Of a DNA stretch of 64,000 nucleotides, positions 22,670 to 34,901 are shown piece by piece. The DNA comes from Azolla caroliniana (lineage: Eukaryota; Plantae; Polypodiophyta). The stretch spans positions 8,928,001 through 8,992,000 of the forward strand of contig JBHGNT010000022.1 of the NCBI GenBank assembly GCA_043228905.1, read 5' to 3'. The stretch's first letter is position 1, and each line of letters opens with the position of its first letter. Made by a program: the position numbers and the translations under genes. The notes under the pieces are model-generated. The model saw only the letters and a list, made by a program, of their open reading frames with translations. It was not told where the DNA came from and searched no databases.

Positions 22670-23330
22670 ACATATTTTCTCACCCTTCATTTAATCTATC
22701 CCCCTTCCTTGTTCCTCTCTCCTTCCCCCTTACTTTTATTTTGTAGTCACACACATCTACTTTTTTCCCCCAATATTTCCCTTATATCTCACTAAAAACT
22801 ATATTCTATCTCCCCCTCCCTTTTTTTCCCCCCCAATATTTCCCTTATATCTCACTAAAAACTATATTCCATCTCCCCCTCCCCCCTTTTTTTCCATTTC
22901 TCATCCCCTCTTCCTCTCACTACCTTTTTTTCCATTTCTCATCCCCTCTTCCTCTCACTACCTTTTTATACACTCTCTCTCTTCCCTCTTCCCTCAACCC
23001 CTCTCCCTAATACCTCTTATTAACTTCCTTTAACTTTCCCTTCTTTCTTTTATTTACATATAATTACACACCCTACCACTCATTCATTTCCCCTTATTCA
23101 CCTCTTTCTACTCCCTCATCTGTCTTATCACCCTATCAATCTTCCATTCACCAGCCCATTTTGTTTCCCCCCCCATATCACCACCCCCTCTATCATCAAG
23201 ATCTTCCAACTTAAAACCTCACAGCCCTCCATCTATTTACATTGTTATTGTACCCCACTCACTATGATTATACATTCTCCTCCCTTCCCCATCCTCAACA
23301 TCCTATATAAACCACCTTTTGTATGTACAT

Positions 23331-23389
23331 GACCTTTTGCACTGATGAGCTCTACCTAAAAGAGCGAAACTAGTTTGCTGCATAAGGTC
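23331..23389 (+). ncRNA. Type I hammerhead ribozyme, copy 2
   Basis: Identical to 17754-17812. Confidence 0.88.
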
Positions 23390-23418
23390 TTTCCTTTTAT
23401 TTTAATGGAATTTTCCTG

Positions 23419-23473
<55 letters not shown>

Positions 23474-23739
23474 GTGTGCTTAGAATCTTTTCTTATTACA
23501 TTATCTATGTAAACCCTAGACCTAATCCCGAAACCCTAATCCTGAAACCCTAATCTCGAAACCCAAAACCCTAATCCCAAAACCCTAATCCCGAAGCCCT
23601 AAACCCTAATCCCAAAACCCTAAACCCTAATCCGGAAACCCTAAACCCTTTCCTATTACATTATCTACCATATCTAAAAGTCGCTCGCACTCCTTGTATC
23701 AACCTTACGGTTAATAAACAAAGCTAGATCGTGTTTTCT

Positions 23740-26280
23740 ATGGAGGGCTTATCATCGGAGTTTGGAACCCATAATAGTGATAGTTCGACTCGCATCGAAT
23801 CACCATTCAATGCCGAGTTCCCTCCACAAGAGATGATGACTTTTGCAGCGGCTACTTCCACTACACCTACCCCAACGAAACCTAGAAGCGCCAACAAACG
23901 TCCAACTAAAAGACCGCGAGCTCCAGTAGTCTCAACTACTCCGACCCCTGCAAAAACTACTAGTACCCAGGTAATCTCCAATGAATCACCGCTAATTTCC
24001 CAACACTTTGAAGATTACAAGTGTAGAATAATCGCAGAGTTTAAAAACCTCTATCGAAAAGCTCAAAAAGCTAAAAAAACATATAGTCGTATGTCAAACC
24101 TTAATTCTCAGAATATAGCCCCTCATAGCTTGAGAATCCAGCCCCCAAGACTAATTATTGAGCACGAAGATATAAATAAAAGCCTACAACTAGAGTTTGC
24201 TTCCATCACAACACAATATAGTAAAGATCTCACTACCACATATGTCAAGCATTTAGATAGTCTTGTCCATTACTACACAAAAACAGTAGATGATTTTCCT
24301 ATGACTGTACGAGCTGATATTCTCAAGATTGCTAATCTCCTAAAAGCCCCTGTTTGTTTTGACGAAGTAGAGGAATCCGATTCAAGTCCAAACTCATTTA
24401 GCAAACAGCTTGAAATTTTCCAAGAAGAGTTAGCAACTAATATTCTAAAAGAATGTAATACTATAGCTCTCTCATTCACTTATAGGGAAGCCTTTAAAGT
24501 TGCTGCTATGCAAAGAAAAGATAAAGCCCAATCACTAAATGAGAACACTCAAAGCACAAGTAAGCACCATATTAGAGAGATAGACATAGATATGGAGTCA
24601 GATGATGATATTGAAGATGATATTGAAAAAGTTGTCGACAGTTTTGAGAAAGTACAATATAATAAATTTCAGTATAAAGATAAAGACTATAATCCTAACT
24701 CGAGAATTAACCCTAACCTTAATTTGAGAACAACCCCTAAGCCCAACCCTAACCCTAACCCGAATCCCAACCCTAACCCTAATTTGAGAACAAACCCGAA
24801 TCCCAACCCTAACCCTAACTTGAGAACAAACCCGAAACCCAACCCTAACCCTAACTTGAGAAAAGAACCCAACCCTAACCCTAACCCTAACCCTAACCCT
24901 AACCCTAACCCTAATTTCAGAACACACCCTAACCCTAACCCTAATCCTAACACTAACCCAAACCCTAACCCTCGGCCTCCATCAGCAAACCCGAAGCCTC
25001 CTCCACCACATTTTCACCGCGGACCATCCAACCACCGCAACCACCGCGGACCATCCAACCACCGCAACCACCCTCACTTCATCCGCGACCATCCTCAATT
25101 CATCTGCAACATGAATAACAATGAAGTTAGCATCAACCCGAACCTCAACCATCAAAACCCACAAGTACTTTTCTATAGATCGAACGAGCTTTCGGCAGGC
25201 CCGAACATAAACTCGGCCTACCGCCACCATAACCCGAACTCCAATTTCACGACACATGCTTCCCTTCGTACAGGTTCTTGGCTTCATCCACCACAAGATC
25301 ACCCACACCGACCACCATCATCACTCTTCGGCGGCAACACGGACATCAACCACTTTAATCATCCACCACGAGATCTCCATCAACTACCACCATCATCACT
25401 TTTCGATGGCCACAGAGACACGAGCCACCATACACATGCTTGGTCACAGGCTGCACACCGAGGACCCCCGTCTCTGGTCCATAGCTTCTACTCTTCGGCT
25501 GCACCTGCTAGTTTCTCGTCGGCCCAACATAGCCATCCACAACAGGACGAGATTAATTCACAGGCGGGCCATAACGCTGTCCCAAACTCAGGTCCTGCGC
25601 TCGACTACAATAGAAAGCATCTCCCCCATTCTCACCTTCCCCCTCTGCTCTCCAACCCTCCTCCATATACTAAGCCCCTCGATACCTCTCCCCCTCAATT
25701 TTCTTTCCCTCCTCCTACGCTAGGGCAGCAACATAGCCCATCCCTTTACCCATATCCCACTCACTCTCAAAACCTTCCCCCTACACTTCTTAATAATTCT
25801 CTGTATACCCCCCCGTTACTTTCCAATATTCCCCTCCATAACCCCATGCCCCTTTTTTGTAATGATCCCCACCCTAATTACCCCCCTAACATTTTGTATA
25901 ATTTTGGTCTTGCCCCTTCCCCAATCTCTAATATAGCCCCAAACCCCCTCAATATTTTCACAAACCCCCCCAATATTTTCACACACTCCTCCCATACCCC
26001 CCTCTCTTTTCCTAATAATTCCACACACGGCAACCCCCTCTTATTTCCACATAATATAAATAAGAACCCCTCCCCATTTACGTCTAATACCCCTTTCCAT
26101 TTTCCTGTTAGTAACCCCTCCCTATTTACATCTAATACCCCTTCCCTTTTTTGTAATTCTAACCCATCTGCCCCAGCCACCCACCCACATAATAAATCAA
26201 ACCCACACAACTCTTACAAACCCCCCTATCAACCCCCATCTAAAACTCCAACTCATGTGTCGAAACCAAAAAACGTGTAG
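23740..26280 (+). CDS. PLE ORF1, copy 2
   Basis: Same protein as copy 1. Confidence 0.85.
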   Translation: MEGLSSEFGTHNSDSSTRIESPFNAEFPPQEMMTFAAATSTTPTPTKPRSANKRPTKRPRAPVVSTTPTPAKTTSTQVISNESPLISQHFEDYKCRIIAEFKNLYRKAQKAKKTYSRMSNLNSQNIAPHSLRIQPPRLIIEHEDINKSLQLEFASITTQYSKDLTTTYVKHLDSLVHYYTKTVDDFPMTVRADILKIANLLKAPVCFDEVEESDSSPNSFSKQLEIFQEELATNILKECNTIALSFTYREAFKVAAMQRKDKAQSLNENTQSTSKHHIREIDIDMESDDDIEDDIEKVVDSFEKVQYNKFQYKDKDYNPNSRINPNLNLRTTPKPNPNPNPNPNPNPNLRTNPNPNPNPNLRTNPKPNPNPNLRKEPNPNPNPNPNPNPNPNFRTHPNPNPNPNTNPNPNPRPPSANPKPPPPHFHRGPSNHRNHRGPSNHRNHPHFIRDHPQFICNMNNNEVSINPNLNHQNPQVLFYRSNELSAGPNINSAYRHHNPNSNFTTHASLRTGSWLHPPQDHPHRPPSSLFGGNTDINHFNHPPRDLHQLPPSSLFDGHRDTSHHTHAWSQAAHRGPPSLVHSFYSSAAPASFSSAQHSHPQQDEINSQAGHNAVPNSGPALDYNRKHLPHSHLPPLLSNPPPYTKPLDTSPPQFSFPPPTLGQQHSPSLYPYPTHSQNLPPTLLNNSLYTPPLLSNIPLHNPMPLFCNDPHPNYPPNILYNFGLAPSPISNIAPNPLNIFTNPPNIFTHSSHTPLSFPNNSTHGNPLLFPHNINKNPSPFTSNTPFHFPVSNPSLFTSNTPSLFCNSNPSAPATHPHNKSNPHNSYKPPYQPPSKTPTHVSKPKNV

Positions 26281-28250
26281 TGAGGCGTGCTAAACGAATT
26301 AGTAAACGGTTTAAGCACGCCTTACACCCTTGTAAGCGTCTTTTTTACATACTAGATAGGCCCCCTTTGACACGTGATACGTACATGTGGCTAGGTAAAG
26401 AAAACTCCCACTTCCCTTTCTCCCCTTATACTAAATCACGCCCTAAAAGGCTTAGATACAAGTTTTGGAAACCACTTACTCCCACCATAGACACTACTTC
26501 CATCTTACAAAGTAAAATTCATAATCTTTCAAGTTACACCCTTAGTAAACTAGAAATGAAACTTTTAAACCTAGGACTTAAGTTTATACCCCCTTGCCCC
26601 CCACCTACTAACCAATCCATTCTTCAAGAATACCAAAACCTAAGTAGATCCTTGAGACTTAAACATTTCTTTAGAAAATCCAACTCTCCTCCCTCTAATC
26701 CCTTCAAACTACCCAACCCGAATTGGAACCCTCCTACTAAATATCCACCATTAGAATCTATACTCCATAAACACAATATCTCTCTCTCCACAAACCTCCA
26801 TGATAATATATTACCTAATATCAAAATACCACTACACCTCCAATTAGCAATAACTAGCCTTAAAAATAATAATAAAATAACCATCCTACCAGCGGACAAA
26901 AACATTGGAGTTTGTGTCCTCGATAAAAAAACATACTTAGATAAAGCCCTAGAACATTTATCCGACATCACTACATATAAAAAAGTTGATAGTCTCCCAT
27001 TAGAAGAACTTTTAAGTCGACTACAAGACATAGTCAATTGTAATCGTAATATCTTATCTCTCATAGAAATAGAATTTATCCTACACAAACCTCCTAAAGG
27101 TTACTCAATACCTAATATGTACTTCTTGCCAAAAGTACATAAAAGTCCTGTTAGCTATAGACCGATTTGCTCATATAACGGTTCATTATTTGAACAAACG
27201 TCTAAATGGCTTCACCATCAACTCCTCCCCATACTTCTAGTTCAAAAACAGTATCTTAGGGACTCCCATTCCCTTGTCCAAACTTTAGAACAACTTATAA
27301 CACCACCCAATAGCTTCATTTTTTCTTTTGATGTTGAATCCCTCTACCCTAGCATCCCACCTAAACTAGGACTCTCTGCCCTAAAAAACCTTATTGCCCC
27401 CCACTTTTCTAACCAAAAAACCAATTTGATTTACACCCTTAGTGCCCTCACCTTAGAATACCACTTCCTTAAATTTAACAACCAAATTTATCAACAGGTA
27501 AAAGGAACAGCCATGGGTAGTAATTTTTCCGTCGTGTATGCATGTCTCTTCCTCTCATATCTAGAAAATTCCAATCCATCACCCCACCTTTTCTATTTCA
27601 CTAGGTATATTGATGATGCCTTTGGCGTCTGGACTGGTACTAAAATCCAACTTCTCGAATACCTAAACTTCTATAGTAACTCTACTCAAAACTCTATAAA
27701 ACTAACCATACACACTTCTTACACGAAACTACCCTTTTTAGACCTTTGGATTAGATTAGATAATAATAGATTCACCTTTAATTGCTTTCAAAAAACACTT
27801 AACACATATCAATACATCCCTTATTCCTCCAATCACCCTCTACATGTGAAAAATAGTTTTGTTTCAAATGAACTTAAAAGATATATGGTTAGAGAAAGCA
27901 CGGCCCTAGGTTATTTAAATATGCAAAAAAAATTCTTTACGAGACTTAGAGCCCGAGGTTATCCCACACATTTTATTCTAAATAACTTTCGAAAACACCC
28001 TTACTCCCTTAGACACACTCTCCTTTTCAAAGAAAAAACTAAAAAGACCACCCCACCCACTATCTTTAAACTTAGATATACTCGCCATACCCCCACACTA
28101 ATTATTAAGAAAATACTAACTAACCTACACTATGATATCCAATTAGATCCCCAACTACAACATATCCCTAAACCCATTATTTGTTGGACTAAATCCAAAA
28201 ACCTCCACTCCCTTCTAGTAAAAACTAAAAACATCCTAGAGCCACTATAA
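26280..28250 (+). CDS. Penelope-like reverse transcriptase without endonuclease, copy 2 (probably translated as a -1 frameshift fusion to ORF1)
   Basis: Motifs ILPADKN, LPKVHK..YRPICS, SFDVESLYPSIP, QQVKGTAMGS, RYIDD, LPFLDL, SNHP and RGYP. The ORF ends just after KSKNLHSLLV with no GIY-YIG domain. Confidence 0.93.
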   Translation: MRRAKRISKRFKHALHPCKRLFYILDRPPLTRDTYMWLGKENSHFPFSPYTKSRPKRLRYKFWKPLTPTIDTTSILQSKIHNLSSYTLSKLEMKLLNLGLKFIPPCPPPTNQSILQEYQNLSRSLRLKHFFRKSNSPPSNPFKLPNPNWNPPTKYPPLESILHKHNISLSTNLHDNILPNIKIPLHLQLAITSLKNNNKITILPADKNIGVCVLDKKTYLDKALEHLSDITTYKKVDSLPLEELLSRLQDIVNCNRNILSLIEIEFILHKPPKGYSIPNMYFLPKVHKSPVSYRPICSYNGSLFEQTSKWLHHQLLPILLVQKQYLRDSHSLVQTLEQLITPPNSFIFSFDVESLYPSIPPKLGLSALKNLIAPHFSNQKTNLIYTLSALTLEYHFLKFNNQIYQQVKGTAMGSNFSVVYACLFLSYLENSNPSPHLFYFTRYIDDAFGVWTGTKIQLLEYLNFYSNSTQNSIKLTIHTSYTKLPFLDLWIRLDNNRFTFNCFQKTLNTYQYIPYSSNHPLHVKNSFVSNELKRYMVRESTALGYLNMQKKFFTRLRARGYPTHFILNNFRKHPYSLRHTLLFKEKTKKTTPPTIFKLRYTRHTPTLIIKKILTNLHYDIQLDPQLQHIPKPIICWTKSKNLHSLLVKTKNILEPL

Positions 28251-28911
28251 ACATATTTTCTCACCCTTCATTTAATCTATCCCCCTTCCTTGTTCCTCTC
28301 TCCTTCCCCCTTACTTTTATTTTGTAGTCACACACATCTACTTTTTTCCCCCAATATTTCCCTTATATCTCACTAAAAACTATATTCTATCTCCCCCTCC
28401 CTTTTTTTCCCCCCCAATATTTCCCTTATATCTCACTAAAAACTATATTCCATCTCCCCCTCCCCCCTTTTTTTCCATTTCTCATCCCCTCTTCCTCTCA
28501 CTACCTTTTTTTCCATTTCTCATCCCCTCTTCCTCTCACTACCTTTTTATACACTCTCTCTCTTCCCTCTTCCCTCAACCCCTCTCCCTAATACCTCTTA
28601 TTAACTTCCTTTAACTTTCCCTTCTTTCTTTTATTTACATATAATTACACACCCTACCACTCATTCATTTCCCCTTATTCACCTCTTTCTACTCCCTCAT
28701 CTGTCTTATCACCCTATCAATCTTCCATTCACCAGCCCATTTTGTTTCCCCCCCCATATCACCACCCCCTCTATCATCAAGATCTTCCAACTTAAAACCT
28801 CACAGCCCTCCATCTATTTACATTGTTATTGTACCCCACTCACTATGATTATACATTCTCCTCCCTTCCCCATCCTCAACATCCTATATAAACCACCTTT
28901 TGTATGTACAT

Positions 28912-28970
28912 GACCTTTTGCACTGATGAGCTCTACCTAAAAGAGCGAAACTAGTTTGCTGCATAAGGTC
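28912..28970 (+). ncRNA. Type I hammerhead ribozyme, copy 3
   Basis: Identical to 17754-17812. Confidence 0.88.
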
Positions 28971-28999
28971 TTTCCTTTTATTTTAATGGAATTTTCCTG

Positions 29000-29054
<55 letters not shown>

Positions 29055-29320
29055 GTGTGCTTAGAATCTTTTCTTATTACATTATCTATGTAAACCCTAG
29101 ACCTAATCCCGAAACCCTAATCCTGAAACCCTAATCTCGAAACCCAAAACCCTAATCCCAAAACCCTAATCCCGAAGCCCTAAACCCTAATCCCAAAACC
29201 CTAAACCCTAATCCGGAAACCCTAAACCCTTTCCTATTACATTATCTACCATATCTAAAAGTCGCTCGCACTCCTTGTATCAACCTTACGGTTAATAAAC
29301 AAAGCTAGATCGTGTTTTCT

Positions 29321-31861
29321 ATGGAGGGCTTATCATCGGAGTTTGGAACCCATAATAGTGATAGTTCGACTCGCATCGAATCACCATTCAATGCCGAGTT
29401 CCCTCCACAAGAGATGATGACTTTTGCAGCGGCTACTTCCACTACACCTACCCCAACGAAACCTAGAAGCGCCAACAAACGTCCAACTAAAAGACCGCGA
29501 GCTCCAGTAGTCTCAACTACTCCGACCCCTGCAAAAACTACTAGTACCCAGGTAATCTCCAATGAATCACCGCTAATTTCCCAACACTTTGAAGATTACA
29601 AGTGTAGAATAATCGCAGAGTTTAAAAACCTCTATCGAAAAGCTCAAAAAGCTAAAAAAACATATAGTCGTATGTCAAACCTTAATTCTCAGAATATAGC
29701 CCCTCATAGCTTGAGAATCCAGCCCCCAAGACTAATTATTGAGCACGAAGATATAAATAAAAGCCTACAACTAGAGTTTGCTTCCATCACAACACAATAT
29801 AGTAAAGATCTCACTACCACATATGTCAAGCATTTAGATAGTCTTGTCCATTACTACACAAAAACAGTAGATGATTTTCCTATGACTGTACGAGCTGATA
29901 TTCTCAAGATTGCTAATCTCCTAAAAGCCCCTGTTTGTTTTGACGAAGTAGAGGAATCCGATTCAAGTCCAAACTCATTTAGCAAACAGCTTGAAATTTT
30001 CCAAGAAGAGTTAGCAACTAATATTCTAAAAGAATGTAATACTATAGCTCTCTCATTCACTTATAGGGAAGCCTTTAAAGTTGCTGCTATGCAAAGAAAA
30101 GATAAAGCCCAATCACTAAATGAGAACACTCAAAGCACAAGTAAGCACCATATTAGAGAGATAGACATAGATATGGAGTCAGATGATGATATTGAAGATG
30201 ATATTGAAAAAGTTGTCGACAGTTTTGAGAAAGTACAATATAATAAATTTCAGTATAAAGATAAAGACTATAATCCTAACTCGAGAATTAACCCTAACCT
30301 TAATTTGAGAACAACCCCTAAGCCCAACCCTAACCCTAACCCGAATCCCAACCCTAACCCTAATTTGAGAACAAACCCGAATCCCAACCCTAACCCTAAC
30401 TTGAGAACAAACCCGAAACCCAACCCTAACCCTAACTTGAGAAAAGAACCCAACCCTAACCCTAACCCTAACCCTAACCCTAACCCTAACCCTAATTTCA
30501 GAACACACCCTAACCCTAACCCTAATCCTAACACTAACCCAAACCCTAACCCTCGGCCTCCATCAGCAAACCCGAAGCCTCCTCCACCACATTTTCACCG
30601 CGGACCATCCAACCACCGCAACCACCGCGGACCATCCAACCACCGCAACCACCCTCACTTCATCCGCGACCATCCTCAATTCATCTGCAACATGAATAAC
30701 AATGAAGTTAGCATCAACCCGAACCTCAACCATCAAAACCCACAAGTACTTTTCTATAGATCGAACGAGCTTTCGGCAGGCCCGAACATAAACTCGGCCT
30801 ACCGCCACCATAACCCGAACTCCAATTTCACGACACATGCTTCCCTTCGTACAGGTTCTTGGCTTCATCCACCACAAGATCACCCACACCGACCACCATC
30901 ATCACTCTTCGGCGGCAACACGGACATCAACCACTTTAATCATCCACCACGAGATCTCCATCAACTACCACCATCATCACTTTTCGATGGCCACAGAGAC
31001 ACGAGCCACCATACACATGCTTGGTCACAGGCTGCACACCGAGGACCCCCGTCTCTGGTCCATAGCTTCTACTCTTCGGCTGCACCTGCTAGTTTCTCGT
31101 CGGCCCAACATAGCCATCCACAACAGGACGAGATTAATTCACAGGCGGGCCATAACGCTGTCCCAAACTCAGGTCCTGCGCTCGACTACAATAGAAAGCA
31201 TCTCCCCCATTCTCACCTTCCCCCTCTGCTCTCCAACCCTCCTCCATATACTAAGCCCCTCGATACCTCTCCCCCTCAATTTTCTTTCCCTCCTCCTACG
31301 CTAGGGCAGCAACATAGCCCATCCCTTTACCCATATCCCACTCACTCTCAAAACCTTCCCCCTACACTTCTTAATAATTCTCTGTATACCCCCCCGTTAC
31401 TTTCCAATATTCCCCTCCATAACCCCATGCCCCTTTTTTGTAATGATCCCCACCCTAATTACCCCCCTAACATTTTGTATAATTTTGGTCTTGCCCCTTC
31501 CCCAATCTCTAATATAGCCCCAAACCCCCTCAATATTTTCACAAACCCCCCCAATATTTTCACACACTCCTCCCATACCCCCCTCTCTTTTCCTAATAAT
31601 TCCACACACGGCAACCCCCTCTTATTTCCACATAATATAAATAAGAACCCCTCCCCATTTACGTCTAATACCCCTTTCCATTTTCCTGTTAGTAACCCCT
31701 CCCTATTTACATCTAATACCCCTTCCCTTTTTTGTAATTCTAACCCATCTGCCCCAGCCACCCACCCACATAATAAATCAAACCCACACAACTCTTACAA
31801 ACCCCCCTATCAACCCCCATCTAAAACTCCAACTCATGTGTCGAAACCAAAAAACGTGTAG
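29321..31861 (+). CDS. PLE ORF1, copy 3
   Basis: Same protein as copy 1. Confidence 0.85.
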   Translation: MEGLSSEFGTHNSDSSTRIESPFNAEFPPQEMMTFAAATSTTPTPTKPRSANKRPTKRPRAPVVSTTPTPAKTTSTQVISNESPLISQHFEDYKCRIIAEFKNLYRKAQKAKKTYSRMSNLNSQNIAPHSLRIQPPRLIIEHEDINKSLQLEFASITTQYSKDLTTTYVKHLDSLVHYYTKTVDDFPMTVRADILKIANLLKAPVCFDEVEESDSSPNSFSKQLEIFQEELATNILKECNTIALSFTYREAFKVAAMQRKDKAQSLNENTQSTSKHHIREIDIDMESDDDIEDDIEKVVDSFEKVQYNKFQYKDKDYNPNSRINPNLNLRTTPKPNPNPNPNPNPNPNLRTNPNPNPNPNLRTNPKPNPNPNLRKEPNPNPNPNPNPNPNPNFRTHPNPNPNPNTNPNPNPRPPSANPKPPPPHFHRGPSNHRNHRGPSNHRNHPHFIRDHPQFICNMNNNEVSINPNLNHQNPQVLFYRSNELSAGPNINSAYRHHNPNSNFTTHASLRTGSWLHPPQDHPHRPPSSLFGGNTDINHFNHPPRDLHQLPPSSLFDGHRDTSHHTHAWSQAAHRGPPSLVHSFYSSAAPASFSSAQHSHPQQDEINSQAGHNAVPNSGPALDYNRKHLPHSHLPPLLSNPPPYTKPLDTSPPQFSFPPPTLGQQHSPSLYPYPTHSQNLPPTLLNNSLYTPPLLSNIPLHNPMPLFCNDPHPNYPPNILYNFGLAPSPISNIAPNPLNIFTNPPNIFTHSSHTPLSFPNNSTHGNPLLFPHNINKNPSPFTSNTPFHFPVSNPSLFTSNTPSLFCNSNPSAPATHPHNKSNPHNSYKPPYQPPSKTPTHVSKPKNV

Positions 31862-33831
31862 TGAGGCGTGCTAAACGAATTAGTAAACGGTTTAAGCACG
31901 CCTTACACCCTTGTAAGCGTCTTTTTTACATACTAGATAGGCCCCCTTTGACACGTGATACGTACATGTGGCTAGGTAAAGAAAACTCCCACTTCCCTTT
32001 CTCCCCTTATACTAAATCACGCCCTAAAAGGCTTAGATACAAGTTTTGGAAACCACTTACTCCCACCATAGACACTACTTCCATCTTACAAAGTAAAATT
32101 CATAATCTTTCAAGTTACACCCTTAGTAAACTAGAAATGAAACTTTTAAACCTAGGACTTAAGTTTATACCCCCTTGCCCCCCACCTACTAACCAATCCA
32201 TTCTTCAAGAATACCAAAACCTAAGTAGATCCTTGAGACTTAAACATTTCTTTAGAAAATCCAACTCTCCTCCCTCTAATCCCTTCAAACTACCCAACCC
32301 GAATTGGAACCCTCCTACTAAATATCCACCATTAGAATCTATACTCCATAAACACAATATCTCTCTCTCCACAAACCTCCATGATAATATATTACCTAAT
32401 ATCAAAATACCACTACACCTCCAATTAGCAATAACTAGCCTTAAAAATAATAATAAAATAACCATCCTACCAGCGGACAAAAACATTGGAGTTTGTGTCC
32501 TCGATAAAAAAACATACTTAGATAAAGCCCTAGAACATTTATCCGACATCACTACATATAAAAAAGTTGATAGTCTCCCATTAGAAGAACTTTTAAGTCG
32601 ACTACAAGACATAGTCAATTGTAATCGTAATATCTTATCTCTCATAGAAATAGAATTTATCCTACACAAACCTCCTAAAGGTTACTCAATACCTAATATG
32701 TACTTCTTGCCAAAAGTACATAAAAGTCCTGTTAGCTATAGACCGATTTGCTCATATAACGGTTCATTATTTGAACAAACGTCTAAATGGCTTCACCATC
32801 AACTCCTCCCCATACTTCTAGTTCAAAAACAGTATCTTAGGGACTCCCATTCCCTTGTCCAAACTTTAGAACAACTTATAACACCACCCAATAGCTTCAT
32901 TTTTTCTTTTGATGTTGAATCCCTCTACCCTAGCATCCCACCTAAACTAGGACTCTCTGCCCTAAAAAACCTTATTGCCCCCCACTTTTCTAACCAAAAA
33001 ACCAATTTGATTTACACCCTTAGTGCCCTCACCTTAGAATACCACTTCCTTAAATTTAACAACCAAATTTATCAACAGGTAAAAGGAACAGCCATGGGTA
33101 GTAATTTTTCCGTCGTGTATGCATGTCTCTTCCTCTCATATCTAGAAAATTCCAATCCATCACCCCACCTTTTCTATTTCACTAGGTATATTGATGATGC
33201 CTTTGGCGTCTGGACTGGTACTAAAATCCAACTTCTCGAATACCTAAACTTCTATAGTAACTCTACTCAAAACTCTATAAAACTAACCATACACACTTCT
33301 TACACGAAACTACCCTTTTTAGACCTTTGGATTAGATTAGATAATAATAGATTCACCTTTAATTGCTTTCAAAAAACACTTAACACATATCAATACATCC
33401 CTTATTCCTCCAATCACCCTCTACATGTGAAAAATAGTTTTGTTTCAAATGAACTTAAAAGATATATGGTTAGAGAAAGCACGGCCCTAGGTTATTTAAA
33501 TATGCAAAAAAAATTCTTTACGAGACTTAGAGCCCGAGGTTATCCCACACATTTTATTCTAAATAACTTTCGAAAACACCCTTACTCCCTTAGACACACT
33601 CTCCTTTTCAAAGAAAAAACTAAAAAGACCACCCCACCCACTATCTTTAAACTTAGATATACTCGCCATACCCCCACACTAATTATTAAGAAAATACTAA
33701 CTAACCTACACTATGATATCCAATTAGATCCCCAACTACAACATATCCCTAAACCCATTATTTGTTGGACTAAATCCAAAAACCTCCACTCCCTTCTAGT
33801 AAAAACTAAAAACATCCTAGAGCCACTATAA
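31861..33831 (+). CDS. Penelope-like reverse transcriptase, copy 3
   Basis: Same 656-aa ORF as copy 2. Confidence 0.93.
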   Translation: MRRAKRISKRFKHALHPCKRLFYILDRPPLTRDTYMWLGKENSHFPFSPYTKSRPKRLRYKFWKPLTPTIDTTSILQSKIHNLSSYTLSKLEMKLLNLGLKFIPPCPPPTNQSILQEYQNLSRSLRLKHFFRKSNSPPSNPFKLPNPNWNPPTKYPPLESILHKHNISLSTNLHDNILPNIKIPLHLQLAITSLKNNNKITILPADKNIGVCVLDKKTYLDKALEHLSDITTYKKVDSLPLEELLSRLQDIVNCNRNILSLIEIEFILHKPPKGYSIPNMYFLPKVHKSPVSYRPICSYNGSLFEQTSKWLHHQLLPILLVQKQYLRDSHSLVQTLEQLITPPNSFIFSFDVESLYPSIPPKLGLSALKNLIAPHFSNQKTNLIYTLSALTLEYHFLKFNNQIYQQVKGTAMGSNFSVVYACLFLSYLENSNPSPHLFYFTRYIDDAFGVWTGTKIQLLEYLNFYSNSTQNSIKLTIHTSYTKLPFLDLWIRLDNNRFTFNCFQKTLNTYQYIPYSSNHPLHVKNSFVSNELKRYMVRESTALGYLNMQKKFFTRLRARGYPTHFILNNFRKHPYSLRHTLLFKEKTKKTTPPTIFKLRYTRHTPTLIIKKILTNLHYDIQLDPQLQHIPKPIICWTKSKNLHSLLVKTKNILEPL

Positions 33832-34492
33832 ACATATTTTCTCACCCTTCATTTAATCTATCCCCCTTCCTTGTTCCTCTCTCCTTCCCCCTTACTTTTA
33901 TTTTGTAGTCACACACATCTACTTTTTTCCCCCAATATTTCCCTTATATCTCACTAAAAACTATATTCTATCTCCCCCTCCCTTTTTTTCCCCCCCAATA
34001 TTTCCCTTATATCTCACTAAAAACTATATTCCATCTCCCCCTCCCCCCTTTTTTTCCATTTCTCATCCCCTCTTCCTCTCACTACCTTTTTTTCCATTTC
34101 TCATCCCCTCTTCCTCTCACTACCTTTTTATACACTCTCTCTCTTCCCTCTTCCCTCAACCCCTCTCCCTAATACCTCTTATTAACTTCCTTTAACTTTC
34201 CCTTCTTTCTTTTATTTACATATAATTACACACCCTACCACTCATTCATTTCCCCTTATTCACCTCTTTCTACTCCCTCATCTGTCTTATCACCCTATCA
34301 ATCTTCCATTCACCAGCCCATTTTGTTTCCCCCCCCATATCACCACCCCCTCTATCATCAAGATCTTCCAACTTAAAACCTCACAGCCCTCCATCTATTT
34401 ACATTGTTATTGTACCCCACTCACTATGATTATACATTCTCCTCCCTTCCCCATCCTCAACATCCTATATAAACCACCTTTTGTATGTACAT

Positions 34493-34551
34493 GACCTTTT
34501 GCACTGATGAGCTCTACCTAAAAGAGCGAAACTAGTTTGCTGCATAAGGTC
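34493..34551 (+). ncRNA. Type I hammerhead ribozyme, copy 4
   Basis: Identical to 17754-17812. Confidence 0.88.
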
Positions 34552-34580
34552 TTTCCTTTTATTTTAATGGAATTTTCCTG

Positions 34581-34635
<55 letters not shown>

Positions 34636-34901
34636 GTGTGCTTAGAATCTTTTCTTATTACATTATCTATGTAAACCCTAGACCTAATCCCGAAACCCTA
34701 ATCCTGAAACCCTAATCTCGAAACCCAAAACCCTAATCCCAAAACCCTAATCCCGAAGCCCTAAACCCTAATCCCAAAACCCTAAACCCTAATCCGGAAA
34801 CCCTAAACCCTTTCCTATTACATTATCTACCATATCTAAAAGTCGCTCGCACTCCTTGTATCAACCTTACGGTTAATAAACAAAGCTAGATCGTGTTTTC
34901 T

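Noticed and set aside
26280-28250. Telomerase (TERT), group II intron or retron RT
   Set aside because: The motifs (ADK, LPKVHK, GTAMGS, SNHP, RGYP) and the tandem pseudo-LTR/hammerhead architecture are PLE-type. No TERT T or CP motifs or intron structure are evident.
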